Shown piece by piece: positions 23,743-33,224 of a stretch of 64,000 bases of DNA (position 1 is its first letter; every line of letters starts with the position of its first letter). A model generated the notes under the pieces. That model was not told where the DNA came from. It did no database searches and saw only the letters and a program-made list of their open reading frames with translations. The DNA comes from Octopus bimaculoides (Eukaryota). Where the stretch lies: the NCBI RefSeq assembly GCF_001194135.2, contig NC_068996.1, forward strand, positions 5,988,226-6,052,225. The letters are read 5' to 3'. Made by a program: the position numbers and the translations under genes.

Positions 23743-24904
23743 TACGGACAGTATTTGAGGACACACGCATTTTTAGTCATTATTTTATTTGACTAATTTT
23801 CATTACACTTCTATTCCAGAAAATAACTGACAGGCCCTATGATTACTAATGAAATGAAAAGGCATGTTGTAATTGTGGCTTTGGTGATTTAGAAATTTCT
23901 TGTCTTCTGAAAGTTGCAAGATCTTTTGTCCACAAGATTAGGTACAAGTTAGAGAAAGATGGAAGCATATTACCTGTATCAAAACGTAAAAGACATTCCA
24001 AATGCTCTGATTCTATCAGGACACCTGAATTTATTCAGGAAGTTAAGCAAAACATAGAAGACAATCCAGGAAAATCAATGAGGTCAATTGCAAAAGAATT
24101 TTGTCAGAAAAAAACAGTCAGAAATGTTGTGCATGAAGACATCAGATACAAATCTTATGTGATGAGCAGAGGTCAATTCATGTCAGAAAAAAATTAAAGA
24201 AAACCGTTTAACCAGATCCAAAAGACTTTTGAAGAAACTTAAAAATCCATCAGAAGACGGTGTGATTTGGTTTTTCTCAGATGAGAAAAACTTTGACCAG
24301 AAACTAACAGAAGAAATGACAGATGGCTACGTGCAGACCCTTGTGAGGTTCCAAGAGTAATGCACACAAAATTTCCTACAAGTGTCATGGTTTTGGGTGT
24401 TTTTAGCAATGAAGGACATGTGATGCCTCCTCACTTTTTTCCACAAGGCCTTAGGGTGAATGCTGCTGTGTATATTGAGGGTCTGGATAAAGATAAGCCT
24501 TGGATCAGCCACGTATGCAATGGAAGTCTTTCAACAAGATTCTGCACCATCACACAAGGCTCAAATGATACAAGAATGGATGGCTGACAATTTGCATGAT
24601 CACATCACCTCCAACATTTGGCCTTCTTATTCTCAAGGTCTCAATCCACTAGACTACTATATATGGATTCTTTGAAAGCTATCATAGTTCGAGTCATGTC
24701 TAACATGAACAAGGACCACTTGATCTCAACTTGCAAACGATTTCAACCCTGTGTAGAGACAGTTATTGATGTTTATGGTGGTTTTATTGAATGAAATTAT
24801 TAAATTGATAATTTAGCTTTGTTTATTTTTATTAAAAAATAGTTCTTTTATATAAGGCTCTATTTTTTTTAACTATAAATCTGTCCTCAAATATTGTCTG
24901 CACC
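23743..24904 (+). mobile_element. Tc1/mariner transposon, DD37D (maT) type, decayed
   Basis: FFSDEKNF .. FQQDSAPSH .. (37 aa) .. LNPLDY catalytic triad. Imperfect TIRs C.GACA.TATTTGAGGACA at 23745-23763 and 24882-24901. Confidence 0.9.
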
Positions 24905-25329
24905 TTTGTGTGTTTGTATATGTGTGCATATATGTATGTGCATGTGTGTGTCATTTAACACCAATGTTCCATGGTAGCATGGATGGGGTGGTACTACAAG
25001 CTGGCCTGCAACAGACTTCTGTGACTGTTTTGGCAGGATTTTTATAGCTGGATGCCCTTTCTGACACCAACCACTCTGCAGAGTGTGTGTGTGTGTGTGT
25101 GTATATATTTAAGTCACATCCAGAATGTCTTCAATCATACCTCAGTTTGATCAAGGCTGACCTACAGCTAAGCAAATAGTTTCCAAGACCAGCGATAGCC
25201 TCTGTACTAGAAATAGCAACCAGATTCCCCATAAATGACACCCTTTTTATAAATATGAGCAAGGACCACCTTAATCTGACCTTGTAAATGATTTCGACCC
25301 TGTGTAGAACAGATTTATTTTGTCTTCAA

Positions 25330-26080
25330 TACATTGTATACCTAAAATAAGTTGATGCACATTATTTATGTTTGACGGATATTTGTCCTTATCCTGTTTA
25401 ATGTTTCCTATCCTTCCTTAATACCAGTTCCCATATACTACTCATATCTGCACTCAGTCTGCTTAGGAGGTTATGTCCTAGCATATGTGCTGCTTCTTTT
25501 AGTTTTTGTATATTCCAGTGGTGTTCTTTATCTTATTTTAACTTCATTCCCACAGGGTGAGGTGGTCTCCATTTTTCCATACATGATCAGCTATTCCCAA
25601 TTTATCAATATCTCCTTTTAACTTCATCCCTCTGTGGGATAAAGTTAAAATAATAGAGGACACCACTGGAAAATACAAAAACTAAAAGAAGCAGCACATA
25701 TGCTAAGACACAAAAGCCTACTAAGCAGACCTAGTGCAGATAGGAGTAGCATATAGGAGCCAGTATTAAGGAAAGATAGGAAAATATTAGATTTATAAAC
25801 CTTAAAATTCACTCCATAATTGCCCATGGGCATATGGCGTAGTGGTTGAGCACAGGCTACTAACCCTAAGATTCCGAGTTTGATTCCAGGCAGTGACCTG
25901 AATAATTTCAGCAAAATACCTTAGGAATGAGAACCCAGTGTCGAAATTTCCCCAAGACACCTGATGAAGGCTGGAAAGTACATCAGCCGAAATGTGTTAA
26001 CAACAAACAAGATGAGGACAAATATCTGTCAAATGTAAAGAATGTACATAATTGCTCATCTCTCAAATATAGAACTGTAT
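25330..26080. mobile_element. Inverted pair of Penelope-like element 3' ends (GIY-YIG C-terminus plus pLTR with hammerhead)
   Basis: + frame ~25632-25782 reads LWDKVKII(fs)HHWKIQKLKEAAHMLRHKSLLSRPSADRSSI*EPVLRKDR, with an inverted copy at 25405-25556. Outer arms 25372-25392 and 26011-26032 are also inverted. Confidence 0.75.
25957..25997 (+). ncRNA. Hammerhead ribozyme motif, probably inactivated (stem III deleted)
   Basis: ACAC|CTGATGA|A GGCTG gaaagtacat CAGCC|GAAA|TGTGT: core and stems I/II are present, but there is no stem III or NUH between GAAA and stem I'. Confidence 0.65.
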
Positions 26081-26164
26081 AAGCTGAGATAGTCATACAT
26101 AGTTGGAATACTTTTGAGTTTCAAACTTTAGCTGGCTACACATTTGAACAATTAGTTTTAAAAG

Positions 26165-26470
26165 CAGATTCTACTTTATTCTTTTGTTTGTCATTTGACT
26201 GCAGCCATGCTGGAGCACCTTTAGCCGAGCAAATCGACCCCAGGATTTATTCTAGTGGTCTGTTTTGCTGAACTGCTAAGTTACAGGGACGTAAACACAT
26301 ATATATACGATGGGTTTCTTTCAATTTCTGCCTGCCAAATCCATTCACAAGGCTTTTGTCAGCTCCAGTTTATAGTACATTTGCCCAAGGTGCCATGCAG
26401 TGGGACTGAACTCAGAACCATGTGGCTGGTAAGCAAGCTACTTACCACACAGCCACTCTTGCGCCTGTGT
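26165..26470 (-). mobile_element. SINE family B (tRNA-like head at right end)
   Basis: GTCATTTGACTGC.GCCATGCTGGAGCAC..AAATCGACCCCAGG..GTGGGACTGAAC..CTTACCACACAGCCAC. Other copies at ~590-860, 22425-22735, 54770-54960, 56888-57277 and 62695-63185. Confidence 0.8.
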
Positions 26471-26828
26471 ATTTTAATTCCAGAGGATTAAAGACAAAAA
26501 CATTGATAGGATTTCACAACAGAAGAATGAAGTGAAATAAAGCATTGTAAAATGAAGGAATGGTATGCTATAAGCAAAATCCTAGCAGCAGATGTTTGAA
26601 TCTTATGAGAAGGGGGGAGATAATTTCAAGGAATTGATAAATTTTTCAAGTTAATTTCCATGATTAGGGGAAGGACAGTGTGAGTGTTTGCAGAAAAGGA
26701 GGCGACTATGATTCTTCTGACCTTGTCAACATTGTGCAGATTTTATTTATGTAGATTTTTTTGTATAACATTTTCTTTATTTCTTATTTAGTATATTTAA
26801 ATATGCTATTGTTTTAATTTAGGTCAAG

Positions 26829-27327
26829 ATGGAAGGGTTCCATAAACTCCATGATGACTTGGAGAAAGTTATTGAGAAGGAAGATTCCAACAGTTCAGTC
26901 ACTACGGATTCTGATGAAACCAAACAAGAATTCCGCACAATCCGTGAACGGGTCATCCACTTGATTAACACCAATATATTCCAAATTGGAATTATCTGCC
27001 TTGTCTTTCTTGATTGTCTACTGGTAATTTCTGAACTTCTGCTAGACCTTCAAATACTTCAGGTACATGATTATGACAAAATGGCTGTTGCTTTCATTTT
27101 GCGCTATGCTAGCTTAGCTATTTTGGGAATATTCTTGCTGGAAATTGCTCTTCGGTTATATGCATTGAGACTTGACTTCTTCAGGCATAAGATGGAAATG
27201 TTTGATGCAGTTGTCGTTATAGCTTCATTTGTATTGGATATTGTATTCAGACAGCATGACGGACCTGAGAATGGTGTGGGTCTTTTAATTGTGCTTAGAT
27301 TATGGAGAATGACTAGAATCTTGAATG
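26829..27327 (+). CDS. HVCN1: Voltage-gated proton channel Hv1, coding exon with N-terminus and S1-S4
   Basis: Acceptor TTTTAATTTAG|G at 26822/26823 and donor AATG|GTAAG at 27327/27328 (phase 1). S1 IICLVFLDCLLVISELLLD (D62 = human D112), S2 ILGIFLLE, S3 FDAVVVIASFVLDIV, S4 LRLWRMTRILN (RxWRxxRxxN, Hv-diagnostic). Confidence 0.96.
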
Positions 27328-27364
27328 GTAAGTTTTTTGTTTGTTAAAAAAAACCTTTATACAT

Positions 27365-27665
27365 CACCATCATTCAGTGTTTTAAATCCAGGGTTTGTTC
27401 CCATTAACAGGGGTGGCCAGATCTTCCTCAGTGCCATGGCAACTGCCCTCACACCATCTCGCCCAGTTGTGGGCATCCTTTTTCAAACCAACCCTCCCGA
27501 TCTCCTCCGCCACCTGTTCCACCTTTTCCTCAGTCTATCTCACTTTCGTGTTCCATTTACCTCAAATGCAATCACCCTCCTCAGAACATACTCCTCATCC
27601 CTCCTTAACACATGCCCATGCCACCTCACTCCATTCGTTTTTGCCAACCATTCCATTGATTCCTC
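27365..27665 (-). mobile_element. RTE-like LINE 3' fragment in Hv1 intron 2
   Basis: Minus-strand remnant similar to the RWHGHVLRR..YVLRRVIAFEVNGTRK C-terminal motif, with a (GAT)n-like tail. Confidence 0.55.
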
Positions 27666-28550
27666 CAACCCTAATAGCATTGAATAAGAATGTAAATTCA
27701 TACCAGAAAATAAAGAAAATTTAATAATTTATAAAAACACATTCTACCATATGTAGACAGCCTCAAGAATTTCTAAGGTTTCAGTTGCATTTGAGACACT
27801 AGAGAATTAAATTTGGTCAGACAGGAATTTAAAACTGTTTGGCATGCTATGCTTCTGTAATGATTCTTGCTATACTTGTATGCAGATAGGTCATTTTATC
27901 AACAAATGAAGGCAGGTTTCACCAGAATGGTTTAAGGTGTATGTTATACATCAGTACACTGAAATATTGAAAAAGGCAGGTTGTCTCGGTATACCATATA
28001 TACTGAGTTAGTCTTGTCATGTCTCTTATTGATTTCAGCCTTCTAAAGTGATTAGTGAGAATTAGTTTGCAGAGAGCATCAGCAACACAAACCAAGAAAT
28101 ATTTTGGAACATACAACCATAAGTCTTTGAACATCAGCACTGTTCATTGGGAACATTTTTTTATATATATACTGGGTTCTTCTTTCTCTCTCTCTATACA
28201 CACACACGCGCCCGCGCGCGTGTGTATATATATATATATATGTGTGTGTGTATATAATTATATGTATTTATTTTCTCCTAGTTGATAATTAACTCCAACA
28301 AAATAAATTGGTTAATAGATACCAGGGTAGCAAAGATCACAAAATGACTGTGGTGGAACTCCTGTTTATGAGGTAGAAACTCCGTTATTTTGGGTAATTG
28401 AGTAAATATAAAAATTTAATAAATGGAGTAATACGCATGTGTTAAATGAATTCTTTTATTTTATATATGTATATATATATATACACATTTTATTTCATAT
28501 ATATATATGTGTATAATATTCTTTATCTTTTTAAAATTCCTTTTATTTAG

Positions 28551-29098
28551 GTATTATTATGTCTGTGAAGAAACAAGCAGACAAGAAGCTGCAGAGAGAA
28601 CGCCGTTTGCGTGAAGCTTGTGAACAAGAATTGTCCAAGTTTCGTGAATATTGCTCTGCTCAAGAAGGAGAAATAGAACTTCTGCAAGGACTCCTACGTA
28701 AACATGGAATTACTGATGCTGACAAACATGAACAGCCACCCTCAGTTAGTACCATTGCTGTCATTGCAGAAGTTAACCCAGTGGAACACCAGATTCTTAA
28801 CAGTAATAACAATGGATGTAATATTACCCAAAATTTGTCTAGTAATTCAACTATAACAGCGACAACAACAGTAACAGTTGCAACAACTATAACAGCAGCA
28901 ACGACAACAACAGCAACAACACCAAACATATTAATTAGCAGTATTTCTTCCACAGATAACGGCAGATCACCATCAAGGACTTCGGTTTCAACATGTATAC
29001 TAACACCAGCCCTGTCTACACCGCCTACTCCACCACACCCAATACAAACTACAACCCTTGATAAAACTGCCACAGCTAATTTCAGTCAAACTAAATGA
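28551..29098 (+). CDS. HVCN1: Hv1 last coding exon: coiled coil plus Thr/Ser-rich tail
   Basis: Acceptor CCTTTTATTTAG|GT at 28550/28551 completes Gly in phase 1, giving RILNG-IIMSVKK..YCSAQEGEIELLQGLLRKHGI (human [32 protein letters not shown]). Stop TGA at 29096-29098. Spliced CDS is 1047 nt, 348 aa. Confidence 0.95.
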
Positions 29099-31329
29099 TA
29101 CTGATGACAGCAGTGAATTCTTATTCCCTTAACGTGATAAACCTTAACCCCCACCACACATACACACACACTACCCATCCACCTCCCACCAACGAGATTT
29201 TCTTTTGTACAGAAACCAAACAAAAAAAATTTTACTAATCAAAAATGTATGAAAATTTTTGTAATGTAGATGAGCTAATGTTTTCTCTACATTTTTAAAA
29301 TTTTTATGAAATCTGTATGTTCCTCTGTTTCATATTTGTGACTTTTTTTTTCTACTGTTTCACCCTTCCAACAGTTTGCTTTCATTCTTGAGCAATTGTA
29401 CGCACGTGCACACACACACACAAATTCTTTATTTAATAACTTTCTTGTTTGTGCTATCCTTTTCTTTTTTCCATCTGTCACACATACATACATTTGTGTT
29501 TGTATATGTGTATATAATTGACTGTCCTTTCTCTAAGCACATAAACTTAAAATTCCCAATTAATTTTAAATTATCTCCCATTTTCTTTGAGTTACTAAAA
29601 ATTGCCACCAGGCTCTTTCTTGCTCCAATCAAGAGGAACGGCATTCAGTATACACACGCACACACATACACACATTCTTTTTCAAGTGTCCTTATTACTT
29701 TTAATAGAATCTATCATTTCAGCCTAACTGTCTTATGGCTGTTCACACACTACATAAATGCACATGTGTATTCATCATACACAAATTGTCCAAGTGTTCA
29801 AATTTCATAAACCCAACACCATTTAAATCCTTGTTTCTTCAATGATGTTTGTGTGTGTGTTTGTGCCTGTATATCTGAGAGTATGTAACACAAGTGTTGA
29901 ACACTTTAATGCCACCAGCACCACCACCTTCTGTACTTTGTCGCTGCTACTTTTATCAACTTTGTGAAGAATCAAGCAAAGTTAATTTGGATATAAAGGA
30001 GACAAAACCAAATATGCACTGATTAACATCCTTTGCCATATGCTCAGATGGGTTTCCATTTAATTTTGGCCTACCACTGGAAGATTTTGGTCAACCCAAG
30101 TCTGTAGTTGAAATACCATTGTGCCAATATGATTGTAAAAAAAAAAAATCTTTACCATACGACCATACTTTTTTTATGAAACAATACTTAGATATTGTAT
30201 TTGAAACTATTTTCTACTCAGTTTTGCTGGTAGAATTGTGATTTTCTTAACAGTCTGTTAAACTAAGTTGATACTCATAAATTTCTCTGTGAATATATAA
30301 CCTATGGTGTGCAATATTGGACATGTTATGCACCGTCCTTTGTGAACTGAGATTTAGGCAACCAATCATTTATTTTTCCTGCATTTATGTTTCTAGTCAG
30401 TCTTTATCTAAACATGCTTATACTTTCCCATGTTTCCCCAACCCTTGACAAAGGAGGAAGGTCTGCAAAACTGAGAAGTGAGAAAGGGAAGGAACCATGA
30501 CTCAAAGGTTTCCTATCATAGAACAAACATTAGCTGTATGTCAAGATAACAAATTATATTGAGATTGGGGACCCATTATGAATCTTTGCTGATATAGGGA
30601 CTCCACTAAAAGTACGAGAGGACTGAGTGAGTGCTGGTAGTGGCATCTGCTTTATATGCATTGTAGGTTTTTTGTTTTTTTTTGTCTTTATGGACTAACC
30701 ATTGCTTCATATCCATTGTTTGATTATATTTGCATTTCTTTTTGCTTTTCATGGGGTCTCATTATTTAACTATTCAATTGGACAGATAATAAATTTGTAC
30801 AGCTACATGTTTATTTTTCAAAAAAAATGGTTAATACTGCTTCGATAGATGGATGTGATGGAGTCAACATTTGAAGAATAAGACTTGGATTCCGTGCTCT
30901 AAGACTCTCTGCTTTGATTGACTGAACAGTTTCATCCATATCTTGATCATCATTCAGTCCATTATATATTTCATTAGAGAGCATACATCATATCTCCAAA
31001 ATGGCTGTCTTCTATCATTTAATATCAATAATCAAAAAGAAAAAAAGGTCAGTTCAGTTTTTTATATTTTCAAAAGAATACCTCAATAATGTTTCACATC
31101 TCTTTTCTACTTTCCTATTTTCTTTATATTATTTGTCTGCATTTTTTAAAATCTTCTCTCCTTGATGCTGATTTCACTTACTGGAGCAATGTTAACATCT
31201 GAATATCCTTCCAATTATTTTTTTTTTCTTTTTGGAAGCATGTACATATTCCAAAGCACATTATAAAAGTGATAATATTTGAGNNNNNNNNNNCCCCCCC
31301 AACTTGAAAGCTCTGCATATTTGGTGCTC

Positions 31330-32110
31330 CCAAGTTCATGGTATCATCAGAAAATGTAGGCTGTTTCAGGACCTTCCTCTGGGTGGCATCATTGCACACC
31401 AGCACCCCCTTACTGAAATGGGGTCCTGTTTGCTAGATGAACTAGTTATCTGGTTTCACTCGGTATTCTAACCATTGTCTTTTTAATCAAATCCAGTGGC
31501 TTGCATTTTCCACTGTAGTTTGGATATCATTTTTTTTTTACGATGAGTTAGGCCTAGTGACAAGTCTTCTCACACTGTCCAACCAATGAATCCTCTGCAT
31601 CTGAGTTTGATTGGGAAATACTCTGCTTTCCAGCCTGCGTTTTCATTTTCACCATATGATATGCAGTTTCTTCATAACTGGAATAGGAAAGGATCCTTGG
31701 CACCCTGGTAAATCTACAGCCACCTCCCAATAACTGTTCCAGTTTTCATTGCTTACAGGAAGTTTCTTCAAATGGATCTATTGTCCTGAATGCATCAATG
31801 TAATGAAATCCCTGGGTTTTTTGCTACTGCTAATGAGAGCAATTTAGTTTTTTATAGCATGGAAGATGATCTTAAGGACTAGACTGTCTCCATGTTTTCA
31901 ATGCCAGTGAATAGTAGAAAAGAATGTTTCAATGTTCCAACTATTCCACGTCTGCATTTTTCATTCTCTGATATGTTCCAAGACATCGAAGGATGAATGA
32001 GAAAAATTAGGCATGATGTAATCCAATTCCATATTTCATTCCAACTTATTTTTCTTTCAACTATGTTTTCTTCCCATTTCGTCATCTGTCCTTGTTGAGA
32101 GCATTGAATC
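31330..32110 (-). mobile_element. Hero-clade (RLE-type) non-LTR retrotransposon, 3' fragment
   Basis: QQGQMTKWEENIVERKISWNEIW, WEVAVDLPG and PIKLRCRGFIG..ENASHWI*LKR remnants match my recollection of Hero C-terminal motifs. Confidence 0.6.
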
Positions 32111-32639
32111 AAATGAAGTTCTCTTTCTGTCTGTGTGTAAATGAAGACAAGATATCATCAGTCTCTGCTTCTGCTTTCCACCTCTCCAATCTTTATTTTT
32201 GACGTGTGTCTTCCTAAATAAGTTAGTAGTAGCAGTAGTGAAGTCATTTTTAATGTCACTGTGGAGTGTTCTTTGGCTTCTCCTTCTGAAGTAAATCACA
32301 CCTCAACAGTGCAGAATTTTTCCCCCTTGCCACACAGGCTGTCCTGCCCCAAATGTGCATTACGCATTGCTCAATTTGTTCTTTACAGGTATGTTCAATT
32401 TTTTGTTTTTTTTTTAGGGGATATGTTTTATATATTGATTTTTCGCACAATTTTTTGTTTTTATTTCGGAAGGCGAAATGATGTTTACATTTAAACCATC
32501 TCTTTTTTTTTAGAAGGCTATTAAATTTTTTAAAATCCTCCGTGCAAATATCTAACTCTCCCTGGTTGATTGTAGCTGCCGACACAAAACTGTGACTGCT
32601 GTTGTTCAATGTTTTTTGGTCGTTTTCGTTAGTCACTGA

Positions 32640-33010
32640 TGTTCATTGTGTTCGGGTTTGCAATGATAATGTTAGCTATTGAAACGGCTAGGTTCTCTTC
32701 CTTTCTCTCTCTCCACAAGATGGAAACACGTTCCTCCCTCAGAATGGTTTCCATGTTGCCAAATGCTATTTGTGTTTCAAACGCATGTTGGACTGGCCAT
32801 CAAACTGATGTCAATGGTGTTCATTTTCTGGTTTGGAATAATGGTGTTAGCTATTGAAGCAGCTGGATTTTTTTCCTTTCTCTCTTCACAAGGTACAGGT
32901 AGGAATTACTCCTGATATCCCTCAGTTAAGGAGGTGCATTCCTCTCTCAGTATGGTTTCCATGTTCTATTTGTGTTTCGTACACAAATGTTGGACTGTCC
33001 ATACTGATGG
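32640..33010 (+). repeat. Diverged tandem dimer (~180-210 bp unit)
   Basis: GTTAGCTATTGAA.C.GCT.G, CTCAG.ATGGTTTCCATGTT and TATTTGTGTTTC..ATGTTGGACTG.CCAT each occur twice in the same order. Confidence 0.75.
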
Positions 33011-33224
33011 GATTGCAACTCATCTCCAAACGGGTGACCCTTTCACGTTTGAAACTTCGGCTGTCAAGTGGTTTCAGTTTCACAAATGTACAAACATACA
33101 AAACAATTCACAGCTTAGGATATGAACAAGCGAGCAAAACAGAGCAGAGAAAATACATCCATTCGGTAGACATTGTCTAACTAGTTTGAAATTGCCACAT
33201 CGCTGCTGTGGAAAGTGCTGTTAT

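Noticed and set aside
28660-29073. 137-aa Val-rich minus-strand ORF
   Set aside because: It is the antisense shadow of the Thr-rich Hv1 tail.
29101-29120. CTGATGA just after the Hv1 stop, as a possible 3' UTR hammerhead
   Set aside because: There is no stem II-GAAA-stem III arrangement downstream.
32100-32400. Possible LINE ORF1/RRM remnant (VEV*FTSEGEAKEHSTVTLK..TYLGRHTSKIKIGEV)
   Set aside because: Suggestive but too decayed to support as a feature.
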